NCBI GenBank assembly: GCA_028711165.1
Contig: JAQTST010000001.1
Coordinates: 232,857 to 296,856, forward strand
Reading direction: 5' to 3'
From: Candidatus Nanoarchaeia archaeon
Lineage (GTDB): Archaea; Nanobdellota; Nanobdellia; Pacearchaeales; GW2011-AR1
Length of the DNA: 64,000 nt
Both the position numbers and the translations under genes were made by a program. The notes beneath the pieces were generated by a model that was not told the origin of the DNA, ran no database searches, and saw only the letters and a program-made list of their open reading frames with translations. Positions 26,420 to 36,931 of this stretch are shown here, in pieces. Within the stretch, counting starts at the first letter, position 1. Each line of letters starts with the position of its first letter.

Positions 26420-28882
26420 TTAAAATTCCCCCAGCGTCTTCTGCTTTTTTGTTTCGATGATTGTGTTAACGTCGAAATTGAAAACCTGCATTATATTTTC
26501 AACTGCCGGGAGAATCTGATGCTTGAGGTAATATTCAATGTTATATTCCCCTGGCTCGTCGCTGAGTTTTACTTTATCTCTCACAAGTTTTTTCTTGCTG
26601 TCTGTTTCTGCGATGTAATATTCAATCAGGGTTCCCATATCAATTGGCATTTCTTTTTCGAGCATTTTTTGTGCAGCAACGACGTGAGGAGTAATTGATT
26701 TATATTCGGAGATTGGTTTTTTCAATTGCGTTCTTATCATCATTTTTTTAACATTTATTTTTCTCTCCTTTACTTCTTTTACAAGTTTTTTCAAATATTC
26801 AAGAGCGCGTTTTTCATCTCCGTCTTCCAAAATCATAAGAAGAACATTATTCTGGATTTCTCTTGCAAGAGCACACCAGTCTCTTCTGACTGTTTCAAAC
26901 CCACGAATTTTTAATTTATCTTTTTCAGTTATCAAGGCATATTTTTTCTTCGCGCCAAATTCTCCTGTTCTTGTTGTAACCCAAATTCCTCTTTTGTAAA
27001 AATCTTCAAGCTCCAGTTCCATAATTCCTGGCAACCCTGAATTCAATTTTTTCAAAAACTCAAGAGTTTTTTGTTTTGATTTTTCATTAAGCAGGAAAGC
27101 AATTGAATCTGTGTCTGAATAAATTGTCTTGTAGCCTTCATTATTTATTTTTGCAATTATCTCTTTTATGAAATCACGGCTTATCGACGTCGCTGATGCC
27201 GAAGCTTCTGGGCAGTAATATCTTGCTCCAAAAAATCCCAGGTAACCATAAGATGCATTTGCCAAAAGTTTGAATGCATTGCTTCTTGCTTTTTTTATGA
27301 CATCGAATTTTTCAGCCAATTCCTTTTTGTATTTTTTTCTCTTCTCTATTATTTCTTTCAGCATCTCGGGGAAAAATCCCGGCTTCTTTGAAAAATAAAC
27401 TTTCTTGTCTTTCAAGTCAACTTCAAGGGAATTTTTTTCTTTCTTTTCAAGCATCGTCGATTTTGAAAGATTGAATGTAACGATAATACTTGGCCAGTAA
27501 CTTGTGAAATCAAAAATTCCGAGATTCTGATATAATCCTGCTGTCGGCTCGAAAACGAAAGCTCCGACGTATTTTTCTCTTTTTTTTCTTTCTCCAATCT
27601 CGTCGTATCCCGGACGCCTTTCAGGAATCTCGTTAAACCTGCTGAGATTATGAAGTATGTAATCTTCTACATTTCTTGACATGCCATTTCTTGACACATC
27701 AAAAACAGGCTCCTGCATTACTCTTGTAAACTCCAGCAAGTCGGGCCAGATCTTTTCGAAAATTTTGTATGTCAGAACAGAATCGTGAAGATTGTATTCA
27801 AAATATTTTTCCCATCCGTCGCTGTCGATTTTTGACGAGTGCCTGAATTCAAATTCTTTTTTGCCCTCGCCAAGAAATTCATTTGCGACTTCATTAAGCG
27901 ACATTACTTCTGACTGCATATACTGAGAATAAGCTGTTTCTATAAATCGCAGCAAATCAATATGGACAATTCCGTCGATTTTTGCTGTACCAAATCTTCC
28001 AACTCCTGATTTTGAAAATCTCGGCTGGCTTCCGTCAAGTCCGATGTCTAATTTAATTTTATGCTTCATTGCCCGTGCTTTAATATACGGAAAATCAAAA
28101 CCATCTGTAAAATATCCGACGAGAAAATCTGGGGAAATTTTTTTGACTATCTCAACGAATCTTTCAATTAATTCCGCTTCATCTTTCACGCATTCAACAT
28201 AGTCTAATTTTTTTGTGCATTTTTTCCATGTTATCACTTTTTTAAAATTCTCAGAAATAAATGAAACCATCAAAAGTTCTCCTTCGCCAATTTTTAAATC
28301 ATCTGCTTCAATATCGAAGGCAAGAACCTTCGGGGAAAAATTTTGCTTGTCAGATTGTTTTATTGAATCAACTTTTATGCATAAGTCAACATTCAGCGAA
28401 GAATCTATCCCACCAAACTCCAGACTGTTATTTAAAATTTCCCCGTTGATTTCGTACCAGTTTAGCGGATTTAATTTTTTTTCCATGATATAATGGCTTA
28501 TGAAACCCAAATCATAACCTCTTCGTTTTTCTATTTCGGGCATTCCTAGCTGGTCTGCTATGTCGTGCAAATCTTTGTAATTTGTCGCGAAAATTTTCAG
28601 GGCTTTTACTTCGTTTCCTAAAAATTTTTTATTGTGCAGTTCAACCTTCTCGACTTTGGTTCTTCTTCCTTTTACATCAAGCTGTATCTCTCCTATTTTT
28701 TCACTCAATCTTTCAATTTCTTTTTGGCTTATTTTTTCTTTTAGAATTGCCCAGAAATATACGTCGCAGGAATCTATTATACAGACTCTTTTTCCATTTG
28801 AGCTTCTACCAATTACCTTTGCGAAGTTTCTGCCTTCAAAATCAAAATAGTCATAATCGACGGGAATAAAATCTAGTTTCAT
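26420..28882 (-). CDS. polB: DNA polymerase, family B
   Basis: Exo motif VLAFDIEADD; Pol motif A DFTSYWPSII; motif C YSDTDSIAF; KKRY-like KKKYA. Confidence 0.85.
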   Translation of the reverse strand: MKLDFIPVDYDYFDFEGRNFAKVIGRSSNGKRVCIIDSCDVYFWAILKEKISQKEIERLSEKIGEIQLDVKGRRTKVEKVELHNKKFLGNEVKALKIFATNYKDLHDIADQLGMPEIEKRRGYDLGFISHYIMEKKLNPLNWYEINGEILNNSLEFGGIDSSLNVDLCIKVDSIKQSDKQNFSPKVLAFDIEADDLKIGEGELLMVSFISENFKKVITWKKCTKKLDYVECVKDEAELIERFVEIVKKISPDFLVGYFTDGFDFPYIKARAMKHKIKLDIGLDGSQPRFSKSGVGRFGTAKIDGIVHIDLLRFIETAYSQYMQSEVMSLNEVANEFLGEGKKEFEFRHSSKIDSDGWEKYFEYNLHDSVLTYKIFEKIWPDLLEFTRVMQEPVFDVSRNGMSRNVEDYILHNLSRFNEIPERRPGYDEIGERKKREKYVGAFVFEPTAGLYQNLGIFDFTSYWPSIIVTFNLSKSTMLEKKEKNSLEVDLKDKKVYFSKKPGFFPEMLKEIIEKRKKYKKELAEKFDVIKKARSNAFKLLANASYGYLGFFGARYYCPEASASATSISRDFIKEIIAKINNEGYKTIYSDTDSIAFLLNEKSKQKTLEFLKKLNSGLPGIMELELEDFYKRGIWVTTRTGEFGAKKKYALITEKDKLKIRGFETVRRDWCALAREIQNNVLLMILEDGDEKRALEYLKKLVKEVKERKINVKKMMIRTQLKKPISEYKSITPHVVAAQKMLEKEMPIDMGTLIEYYIAETDSKKKLVRDKVKLSDEPGEYNIEYYLKHQILPAVENIMQVFNFDVNTIIETKKQKTLGEF

Positions 28883-28934
28883 AATTAATCAAGCTATTAA
28901 TAAGATTTAAATATTCTCGTTTGAGGATTTTATT

Positions 28935-29408
28935 ATGGCAAATTCACTTGAAATACAAACATTTGATGAACTTAGAAAAAGCAGAGTTATTGCAATAAGT
29001 AATTGGAATGGTCTTGACTATAAACAAATATGTGACACTCTTGGTTTAGAACCAGAAATTCCTGAATTGTATGCATTGGGAGAAGCAGAAAAAATTTATT
29101 GGGATAACAAAGGCTCTGACTACGAAGACAGCAAAATGCGTGAATTTGAGAGAAATAAATTAAAGACTCCGCCAAGAAAAGAACAAAGTCAGGCGAGATA
29201 TGAAAAATTTTATACTCTCTGGGCAAACTCAAGAATTAATGAAAACAGTTTTGGTTTAGACAGTAAAGCAAAAAGAAAAGCTCTTTTAATTTTTCCTAAG
29301 TTTCAAAAAACTGGCGTTCAGAATATAGAACAGTTGAATGATTTGCAAGTTGGAAAATTATACAAAACTATGCTTGATTATTCTATGGAAAGAATTGACA
29401 GAATATAA
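28935..29408 (+). CDS. Hypothetical protein
   Basis: 157-aa ORF between polB and fen1. Confidence 0.35.
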   Translation: MANSLEIQTFDELRKSRVIAISNWNGLDYKQICDTLGLEPEIPELYALGEAEKIYWDNKGSDYEDSKMREFERNKLKTPPRKEQSQARYEKFYTLWANSRINENSFGLDSKAKRKALLIFPKFQKTGVQNIEQLNDLQVGKLYKTMLDYSMERIDRI

Positions 29409-29442
29409 TAAAATATTTATATCTGAATTTAATGAATAACTT

Positions 29443-30474
29443 ATGGGACTAAATATAAGGGAGATTATTCCAAGAAGGGAAATTGAACTTTCTGACTTAA
29501 AAGGGAAAACGATTTGCGTTGATGCTTTTAACACTTTGTACCAATTTTTATCGTCGATAAGACAGGTTGACGGCACTCCGCTGATGGACAGCAAAAAAAG
29601 AGTTACCAGTCATTTGTCGGGAATTTTTTACAGAAATATTGCACTGCTCGAACACGGGATAAAACTTGTTTATGTTTTTGACGGGAAACCTCCTGAACTG
29701 AAATACAAAACTTTTGAGAAGCGAGGCGGGGCGAGAGAAATTGCGAGGGGAAGATATGAAGAAGCAAAAGGGGAAGAAGATTTTGAAAAAATGAAGAGAT
29801 ACGGCAGCCAGCTTATCCGACTGAATGACGATATGATTAAGGAAAGCAAACAACTTCTTGAGGCGATGGGGATTGCAGTTATTCAGGCGCCGGGCGAGGG
29901 AGAGGCACAGGCAGCTTATCTCGCGAGAACAAGAGAAGGAATTTACGCGAGTGCGAGCCAGGATTATGACAGCCTGCTTTTTGGCGCTCCGAAATTAATA
30001 AGAAATTTAACTTTGGCTAAAAGAAGAAAAACAATAAGCGGATGGATGGAAGTTAAACCTGAAATTATTGAACTTGAAAAAGTTTTGAATTCTCTGGAAA
30101 TAAATCTTGACCAATTAATTTGTCTTGGAATCCTGGTAGGAACTGATTACAATCCAAAAGGAATTCCCGGAATTGGGCAGAAAAAAGCACTACAAATTGT
30201 CAAGAAATACAAGCAACCTGTTTTGATATTTGAAAGCCTCAAGGAACAGATGGAGAATCTTCCTGAAGAAGACAAATTTGACTGGAAAGTAGTTTTTGAA
30301 TTATTTCACAAGCCGAATGTTGCTCACTCGATATTTATCTTCGGGAAAGTAAATGAGAATAAGATAAGAGAGATACTTGTCAAAGAACACGATTTTTCCG
30401 ACGACAGAGTTCAGAAGCAGTTAGAAAGACTTAGAGAAATTCTTGAAAAGAACAAACAAAAAACCCTTTTCTGA
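29443..30474 (+). CDS. fen: Flap endonuclease 1 (FEN-1)
   Basis: MGLNIREIIPRREIELSDLKGKTICVDAFNTLYQFL and VYVFDGKPPELK (XPG N-domain); SQDYDSLLFGAP (I-domain). Confidence 0.85.
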   Translation: MGLNIREIIPRREIELSDLKGKTICVDAFNTLYQFLSSIRQVDGTPLMDSKKRVTSHLSGIFYRNIALLEHGIKLVYVFDGKPPELKYKTFEKRGGAREIARGRYEEAKGEEDFEKMKRYGSQLIRLNDDMIKESKQLLEAMGIAVIQAPGEGEAQAAYLARTREGIYASASQDYDSLLFGAPKLIRNLTLAKRRKTISGWMEVKPEIIELEKVLNSLEINLDQLICLGILVGTDYNPKGIPGIGQKKALQIVKKYKQPVLIFESLKEQMENLPEEDKFDWKVVFELFHKPNVAHSIFIFGKVNENKIREILVKEHDFSDDRVQKQLERLREILEKNKQKTLF

Positions 30475-30996
30475 TTATTTGACAAACATAATTTTTCCTT
30501 TTTTCTTTCTCACCAAAATAAATCCTACTATAAACAAGATTACTGCAATTATTATAAGAATTGCTTTTGAGTAGACAAAGAGACTAAGAACAATCAGCAA
30601 TCCTCCGAGAACAAAAAGAGAATTTGTTTTTAGTTTTATTATTAAAAATATAATCGCCCCAAGAATTAGGAGAGGAACTATTGTCATTATTGTGCTTTCT
30701 GAAATTCCTGCGTCAAAAAACACGGCGCCGATATCATATCCCGATTTATTTATTCCGTAGACACTAAGAAAAGCAATTACTGCTGCAATTATTGTCGCGA
30801 CAGGAGTGTTCTCTTTAAACATTGATTTACTTAAAGCGAAAAATACTGCTGCAAAAATTATTATGAATATTCCTGATAAAACAATTGTTGATTCATCGAG
30901 GGTATTCAGCAAATCGCTGAGCAAATCCTGCGCGCTGACAAAATTTATCGCGAAGAGAAAGATAAAAATTGATAGTATTAATGCCCCCTTTTTCAT
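30475..30996 (-). CDS. Integral membrane protein (hypothetical)
   Basis: About 5 hydrophobic helices, no conserved motif. Confidence 0.4.
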   Translation of the reverse strand: MKKGALILSIFIFLFAINFVSAQDLLSDLLNTLDESTIVLSGIFIIIFAAVFFALSKSMFKENTPVATIIAAVIAFLSVYGINKSGYDIGAVFFDAGISESTIMTIVPLLILGAIIFLIIKLKTNSLFVLGGLLIVLSLFVYSKAILIIIAVILFIVGFILVRKKKGKIMFVK

Positions 30997-31046
30997 TCTA
31001 TGGATAGAATAATTACGTTTATAAATTTTGTTGGTTTTTCTTTCTT

Positions 31047-31892
31047 ATGAATGTAAAATCTTTTGATGTCCTCGGGAATATTGCAATTGTAAGATTCCCT
31101 GAGAAATTTAGTCCCGGAAACAAGAAAAAATTTGCCGAGAAAATTCTGAAGGAAAATAAAGGAATAAGAACGATTCTCGAGAAAAGGGAAAAAATTAAAG
31201 GAAGACTTAGAAAATTGTCGACGAATTTTATTGCAGGGGAAAACACAAAGGAAGTTTTGTATCGGGAAAATGATTGTGTTTTCAGATTTAATGTTGATGA
31301 AACTTATTTTTCCCCGAGGCTGAGCAATGAGCGAAAAGAGATTGCTGATAAAATCAAGAAGAATGAAACTGTCTTGGTGATGTTTGCAGGAGTCGCTCCT
31401 TTTTCGATTGTGATTGCAAAGAAATCAAAAGCAAAAAAAGTTTATTCAAACGAAATAAACCGCGAGGCGAACAAATATGCTGAGATGAATATCAAAATGA
31501 ATAAGCTGAAAGACAAGGTTATAATTGTTCCTGGCGATGCGAAAAAAATTCATGAGAAATTTGCAACTTCGTTCGCCAAGCCCACCCGCCCGCCCAAGGG
31601 GGAACAAATTAGTACTCGCGAAGTTGTTCCTTCTAAATTTGATGTCATTGTTATGCCCCGCCCGCAACTGAAAGATACTTTTCTGAAAGAAGCATTTGTT
31701 TTATCAAAAAAAGGAACCAGAATTTATTATTATGATTTCTGCAAGGTTGAAGATATTGATTTTGTCGTCGAGAAAATAAAAAACGAGGCAGAGAAATCAA
31801 AAAAGAAAATAAAGATTTTGAATGTGAAACGGGCAGGGGAAATTGCTCCTTACAAAACTAGATTGAGGGTTGATTTTGTGGTTTTGAATTAA
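31047..31892 (+). CDS. trm5: tRNA (guanine37-N1)-methyltransferase Trm5/Taw2 family, with in-frame family-A repeat insertion
   Basis: FDVLGNIAIV, FSPRLSNER, VLVMFAGVAPFSIV and DVIVMPRP motifs. The inserted peptide FAKPTRPPKGEQISTREV is encoded by the repeat at 31569-31626. Confidence 0.7.
   Translation: MNVKSFDVLGNIAIVRFPEKFSPGNKKKFAEKILKENKGIRTILEKREKIKGRLRKLSTNFIAGENTKEVLYRENDCVFRFNVDETYFSPRLSNERKEIADKIKKNETVLVMFAGVAPFSIVIAKKSKAKKVYSNEINREANKYAEMNIKMNKLKDKVIIVPGDAKKIHEKFATSFAKPTRPPKGEQISTREVVPSKFDVIVMPRPQLKDTFLKEAFVLSKKGTRIYYYDFCKVEDIDFVVEKIKNEAEKSKKKIKILNVKRAGEIAPYKTRLRVDFVVLN
31569..31626. repeat. Family-A repeat copy, in frame inside trm5
   Basis: cgttcgccaagcccacccgcccgcccaagggggaacaaattagtactcgcgaagttg. 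Confidence 0.8.
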
Positions 31893-32578
31893 TGTTTTTT
31901 ATTCTTCTTTTCAATTTCTTTTCTCTTTTCTTTTGCTCTTTCTCTAATACTTCTCCCCCATTCATATAACCCGCTTGCGATATTTGCCCCAATTTGTGTT
32001 AATGCTACTGGGAGTATATATTCTGGTTTTGTAAGAGCTAAAGTAGTATACACTCCCGCACTACCAATAATTGTCCCCGAGATAGTCCATCCTCTTGTGA
32101 CATATTCTCCATAAAATGGAGTATCACCGTTATCAAAGTTAATTGCTTTTCTAAACATAGTTGGAAATAAAAGATTAACTCCAATTGTTGGGTATGTAAT
32201 CATCTTCAAAACACCCCTTACTACCTCAGGAGTATATTCTGCAATTGTTTTAATCCTATCTCCTATTTTTTGCAAATCTTCTTTGAAAACAAGCATTTCT
32301 AAACTCTTTGGCTTTTTTTCAGGTCTCTTTATTTTTTCTTTCTTGATTATTGTTTTGCCATCTTTTTTTATTATCTTTGTTTTATAATTCCTAAGGGACA
32401 GATTCATTTCACTGTTGTAGATATCAAGAACTGTTCTTAACAATTTACTCTGTCCTTTATCATTTAATCCTGATTCTGGAAAGGATTCATAACCGAGTTC
32501 ATTTAGCCCTTTAGACATATAACTTTCAGGGCATTCAATACTTGCTAAAGTTCTTTTAATATCTTCATAGGTATACAT
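31889..32578 (-). CDS. Hypothetical protein
   Basis: 229 aa; basic C-terminus, hydrophobic segment GVNLLFPTMF...IIGSAGVYTTLALT. Confidence 0.35.
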   Translation of the reverse strand: MYTYEDIKRTLASIECPESYMSKGLNELGYESFPESGLNDKGQSKLLRTVLDIYNSEMNLSLRNYKTKIIKKDGKTIIKKEKIKRPEKKPKSLEMLVFKEDLQKIGDRIKTIAEYTPEVVRGVLKMITYPTIGVNLLFPTMFRKAINFDNGDTPFYGEYVTRGWTISGTIIGSAGVYTTLALTKPEYILPVALTQIGANIASGLYEWGRSIRERAKEKRKEIEKKNKKH

Positions 32579-32632
32579 AGAAATCTTCTACCAATCTATT
32601 TTATAAATCTTTCTTTTGTAGTCACTTGAAAA

Positions 32633-33802
32633 TTATAACTTCAGATATTCAACTTCGTCGTCGTCTAATTTGAGCTCTTTCTGAATTTCGGGGTTTGATT
32701 TGATAACTTGTTTTATTACGGGGAATTCATACATCGCGCGTTTCTGGCTGACATGAACATACTGGGCGTATTTCTGGCAGATTGTTTTTTTGTGAACTGT
32801 CTTCTGATTATTGAGCCAAATCTGCAAAATTCTTGAAGGTCTTTTGTAGCTTGTAAATCCTGTTTTTGCAGTTTTTTTGGCAGATGCAATTCCATAACTG
32901 AGAAAAATATTTTCATAGACGAGAAATCTCCAATACTGCTGCTTGTAAATTCTTCCCCTGAAAACATCAGTCTTGCTGAGCAAATCATAAGCTCTCGCGA
33001 GTTCTTCATTTTTGTATTCTGTGGGAATATTTTCTTCAATCCAGAGAATTATATCGTCGGTGGACATATTTACTGAATCAAAAACTCCAAGAATTTCGTT
33101 TGCAGGTTTTTCCTTGAATACTTTTTTCAGCGAACTGAAAATATCTGTCTCTTTATTTCTCTCGTCGATAATCACGGAAAAATAATCTTTTAATTTTGAT
33201 AATGCCTGCAAATCATTTATTGCTGCACGCAAATCCCCTTTTGCTTTTATTGAGACTTCTGTAATTAATTCCTCATCCATTGGCAGATTTTCTTTTTTTG
33301 CAATTTCTGAAATTATACTTTTTATCACATTATAATCAATTTCTTTTAACTGGAGAACTTCGCATTTTTTTCTTAGAGTGCTGAACTTTTTATTCCAGAT
33401 ATCATTCGCAGTAATTATAATCGGGAATGAAGTTGATTCAATTATGTTCAAAAGTTCACCTAATCCTCCGTAATCATATTCAGAAATTCCATCAACTTCG
33501 TCGACGAGAATTATTTTATCTTCTTTTTCCAAAGACATTTGCTCTGCTGCCGGCCTTAAAATATTTTTTAGTTTTTCTTTGTTTCTCAAATCAGAAGCAT
33601 TCAATTCAAATATCTCAAAATTATTTTCCTTTGCTGCTGCGTGAGCGATGCTTGTTTTTCCTGTTCCCGGCGGGCCGTGCAAAAGAAGTGCATTTTTTTT
33701 CTTCCCGAAATTTTTCAAGAATTCTCTTATCTTAAAAACAGCCTCATTCTGTCCTTTTATCTCTTCCAAGGTTTTCGGGCGGTATTTTTCTGTCCAGGGC
33801 AT
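32633..33802 (-). CDS. rfcL: Replication factor C large subunit
   Basis: [33 protein letters not shown] and ILVDEVDG. Start set at MPWTEKYRP. The longer track ORF N-terminus (MGGRMGLPNKISRGLTSK) is encoded by repeat copy 33831-33885. Confidence 0.85.
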   Translation of the reverse strand: MPWTEKYRPKTLEEIKGQNEAVFKIREFLKNFGKKKNALLLHGPPGTGKTSIAHAAAKENNFEIFELNASDLRNKEKLKNILRPAAEQMSLEKEDKIILVDEVDGISEYDYGGLGELLNIIESTSFPIIITANDIWNKKFSTLRKKCEVLQLKEIDYNVIKSIISEIAKKENLPMDEELITEVSIKAKGDLRAAINDLQALSKLKDYFSVIIDERNKETDIFSSLKKVFKEKPANEILGVFDSVNMSTDDIILWIEENIPTEYKNEELARAYDLLSKTDVFRGRIYKQQYWRFLVYENIFLSYGIASAKKTAKTGFTSYKRPSRILQIWLNNQKTVHKKTICQKYAQYVHVSQKRAMYEFPVIKQVIKSNPEIQKELKLDDDEVEYLKL

Positions 33803-33830
33803 TTTACTTGTTAATCCTCTAGAAATTTTG

Positions 33831-33885
33831 TTCGGTAAGCCCATCCTTCCGCCCAAGCGGAAATTAAGTTAGTCCTCACAAAATT
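33831..33885. repeat. Family-A repeat copy spanning the rfcL 5' region and the 3' end of the upstream 119-aa ORF
   Basis: ttcggtaagcccatccttccgcccaagcggaaattaagttagtcctcacaaaattt. Confidence 0.7.
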
Positions 33886-34228
33886 TTTCCTCCTTTCTTA
33901 TCGGTTCACAACCGTTAAAGTAAATTTCATTCGGTTCAATTTTTTTAATTATCTTGTATAATCCTTTAGTCCATACTTCTTCACCAAAAATAAAATGAGT
34001 GTACTCAGTTATTATTATGCTTGCAAGAGGATCTGATAACTTCTGATTTCCTTCTGTCTTTACTAATGGAATCTCCCCCCTTAAATAATAAATTCTTTGC
34101 CCTTTTTTTAAAAAATTATATTCTTTTCCTGTTTCTAATTCTTCGGGGAGACATTCTTCTAACTTTCTGTCTAATGTTCCAAATTTCCTTAACGCTAAAT
34201 CCGGATTAAATTCAACCTGAATTCCCAT
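33869..34228 (-). CDS. Hypothetical protein located between the two RFC subunit genes
   Basis: 119 aa. The last 5 codons (KFCED-stop) lie inside the repeat. Confidence 0.4.
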   Translation of the reverse strand: MGIQVEFNPDLALRKFGTLDRKLEECLPEELETGKEYNFLKKGQRIYYLRGEIPLVKTEGNQKLSDPLASIIITEYTHFIFGEEVWTKGLYKIIKKIEPNEIYFNGCEPIRKEEKFCED

Positions 34229-34229
34229 T

Positions 34230-35195
34230 TTACTCCTTCCCTAATCCTGCTAAAACGAATGATGCAAGAAGAGCCTGCAACTGAATAAATGGGTCAGAAC
34301 CCTCGACAATCCTGAATTCTGCTTCGCCTGTTTTTTCTGTAAGTTTTACTTTTATCGTCGGCTCGACAGGAAGATTCCAGATTTCTTTCTGAATTGCTTT
34401 TATAACATCCTGCCCCGAAATGCTTTCTTTCAGCATTATGTCAAGAAGTTTTTCTTTTGCGTTTACAAAATCTCCTGCGATTGCGTAATCAAGAACAACT
34501 CTTATATCACGGGGTTTTGTGTTTGAAATTATTGTCGCGACAAGTTCAGGAGTTATCGACGGGGAAATAGATGCTGTTGACTGCAAAATGTTTATACAGC
34601 GTCGGCAATCTCCTTCGCAACCTTCATACAGCACTTCAACTGTTTCTGGATTTATTATCAACTTTTCATTTTCAGCAATTCTTATTATAACTTTTTCGAT
34701 ATCTTTTTTTTCAAGAAGCTTGAAACGGAATATTGCACAACGGGACTGGATTGGGTCTATGATTTTGCTGGAGTAGTTGCAGGACATAATAAATCGGCAG
34801 GTTGCTGAATAATTTTCCATTGTTCTTCTCAATGCCTGCTGGGCTTCCGGAGTCAAGGCATCTGCTTCATCCAGAAAAATAATTTTGAAAGGAACATTCC
34901 CGATAGATTTTGTCCTCGCGAAATTTTTTACTTTTTCCCTTACAACATTTATCCCACGTTCATCAGAAGCATTCAACTCAAGATAATTTTCTTTCCAGTT
35001 TTCTTTGTACAGTTCTTTTACAACTATTAATGCGAGAGTTGATTTCCCTATTCCTGCCGGACCTGCGAAAAGCATGTGGGGAATATTCAGCGAATTTGTC
35101 AGTGCTTCCACTCTTTTTACGGAGTTATCCTGGCCGACAATTTCAAAGAACTTAGAGGGGCGATATTTTTCAGTCCATATACTCGATGCCATCAT
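34230..35195 (-). CDS. rfcS: Replication factor C small subunit
   Basis: IWTEKYRP, MLFAGPAGIGKST, FLDEADALT and SRC-motif region FIMSCNYSSKIIDPIQSRCAIFRF. Confidence 0.85.
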   Translation of the reverse strand: MMASSIWTEKYRPSKFFEIVGQDNSVKRVEALTNSLNIPHMLFAGPAGIGKSTLALIVVKELYKENWKENYLELNASDERGINVVREKVKNFARTKSIGNVPFKIIFLDEADALTPEAQQALRRTMENYSATCRFIMSCNYSSKIIDPIQSRCAIFRFKLLEKKDIEKVIIRIAENEKLIINPETVEVLYEGCEGDCRRCINILQSTASISPSITPELVATIISNTKPRDIRVVLDYAIAGDFVNAKEKLLDIMLKESISGQDVIKAIQKEIWNLPVEPTIKVKLTEKTGEAEFRIVEGSDPFIQLQALLASFVLAGLGKE

Positions 35196-35408
35196 ACTTT
35201 ATTTCTATCAGAACTTATAAAGATTATTGTAATAACTTCGATTAATTTAGAATTTTATTTAGCTCTTTCTCTTCTCATCTTTCTCTTATGCTTTTCTTTC
35301 TTCAATCGCTTTCTCTGCCACTTCCATCTCATCTGGCGTTTCTTCTTCCATCTTCTACTTGAGCGTTTCATAGAAAGTGGAGATAAATTTGGTTTTTAAA
35401 GATTTTGA

Positions 35409-36014
35409 TTACCTTTTAGAATTCTTCTTTTTCCTGTCTTCTCTCAGATTTTTCATCTTCTTGTATGAGATGTATATGACTAATATTAATTCAGCGAGGA
35501 TTATCACAGGTCTTGCGAATCTGTCGAGAGAGACGAATGACGTTGCGGTTCCGAACAGCAATGCGAAAGTTCCGCCCAACATGAATCCTGTGCCGACCCA
35601 CTCGTTAAGGCTGTTCTCTTTTGCTGGCAGGAATAATCCGATGAAAATTGCAATTAATGCTAAAACTGCTGAAATGTAGAATAAGTATATGCTGTGGATT
35701 TTTTCTGCAGAAGTAAGTTCGTTCTGACAGGTGTTGCAGACATAATTTTGCGGACAATTGTTTGTGTCATAATCGGAATATTCAATGTAGCCTTTTTTCT
35801 CAGTGCATAAATCTCTGTCTGCCTGATTTATTGTTATATTCGGACAGACTACTGACGAGCCATAAAATTTGTCGGGATAATATGCATTTATATTTTTGCA
35901 AAAATCTTCGTATTGAGGAGCAGGATAAATCGCTTCGATAACTGCAAAAACAAGAACTGAGAAGAGAACAGCGACGACGAATATGATTATTATTTTTCTT
36001 ATATCCACCATCAA
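35409..36014 (-). CDS. Membrane protein with extracytoplasmic Cys-rich segment
   Basis: N-terminal TM, Cys-rich loop (CKNINAY...VVCPN...CTEKKG...NNCPQNYVCNTCQN), then 3 TM helices and basic tail. Confidence 0.35.
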   Translation of the reverse strand: MMVDIRKIIIIFVVAVLFSVLVFAVIEAIYPAPQYEDFCKNINAYYPDKFYGSSVVCPNITINQADRDLCTEKKGYIEYSDYDTNNCPQNYVCNTCQNELTSAEKIHSIYLFYISAVLALIAIFIGLFLPAKENSLNEWVGTGFMLGGTFALLFGTATSFVSLDRFARPVIILAELILVIYISYKKMKNLREDRKKKNSKR

Positions 36015-36042
36015 TTATCTAAGATTATTTTATTCTTAAATC

Positions 36043-36699
36043 TTATCTATGTTTTGTTACACCAACTCTTGGACAATATTTATTTATCGGACAGGTTGAA
36101 CAAAGCGGAGAAACTGGCTGGCAGATTGTTTTTCCGAATTGGACAAAAATTGAATTGAAATCTGCCCAGTATTTTTTTGGAAGAATTTTGTTTAATTCTA
36201 TTTCTGTTTTTTCAGGAGTTTTTGTTTTAATCCAACCGAGCCGATTTGGAATTCTGTGGCAGTGCGTGTCTATCGGAAGAACTTTTTTACCGAAGGCAAA
36301 TGCCAAAACTATATTCGCTGTCTTTGGACCGATTCCTTTTATGCTCATTAATTCCTCTCTTGTTTTAGGAACTTTGCCGTCGAATCTTTCAAGCAAAACT
36401 TTTGAAACGTGCTTTAATGTTCTTGCTTTTTTTCTGTAATGCCCTGATGAGAAAATTAATTTTTCAAGTTTTCTCGTCGGAAGAGCGATAATTTCTTTTG
36501 GAGTATCTGCAACAGCAAATAATTTCTCCGACGCTATTTTGGTATTTTTGTCCTGAGTTCTTAATGATAAAAGGCAGGAGATGAGAATCTTAAATGCATT
36601 CGGATTTTTCCGCATCTTGTTCAGAGTAGTTTTGCTAGTAGGAAATTCACGCCTGAGAATGCTCATTACACTTTCAATCTTCCTGATTTGATTTTTCAT
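36043..36699 (-). CDS. nth: Endonuclease III (HhH-GPD DNA glycosylase with 4Fe-4S cluster)
   Basis: LLSLRTQD, HhH IKGIGPKTANIVL, catalytic-region LPIDTHCHRI, FeS loop CQPVSPLCSTCPINKYC. Confidence 0.85.
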   Translation of the reverse strand: MKNQIRKIESVMSILRREFPTSKTTLNKMRKNPNAFKILISCLLSLRTQDKNTKIASEKLFAVADTPKEIIALPTRKLEKLIFSSGHYRKKARTLKHVSKVLLERFDGKVPKTREELMSIKGIGPKTANIVLAFAFGKKVLPIDTHCHRIPNRLGWIKTKTPEKTEIELNKILPKKYWADFNSIFVQFGKTICQPVSPLCSTCPINKYCPRVGVTKHR

Positions 36700-36931
36700 T
36701 CCACTTTGAAACTATAAAAATTCCTATTATAGAGATAACTGTTATAATAGATGCAATTATAAATTTATTTTGAAAAGGACTTGCCTCTGAAAATTTAGTT
36801 ATCCATTCTGTCAGGACATCTCTCCAGGATAAAGCAATAAGAAAACCGAATGCTGCCATTATCGCAGTAACTGCAGAATGTTTCAAGCTCATTCTCACTT
36901 TCTTAATTGTCTTTTTTGTTTTAATTTTCAT
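36674..36931 (-). CDS. Small membrane protein
   Basis: 85 aa, two hydrophobic helices. Confidence 0.3.
   Translation of the reverse strand: MKIKTKKTIKKVRMSLKHSAVTAIMAAFGFLIALSWRDVLTEWITKFSEASPFQNKFIIASIITVISIIGIFIVSKWNEKSNQED

Noticed and set aside
26420-28882. Inteins in PolB (also checked Cdc48, RFC, PheRS and UvrA)
   Set aside because: No large insertions interrupt the conserved polymerase motifs, and no Cys/Ser...HN splice-junction blocks are present. The proteins are of normal uninterrupted length.
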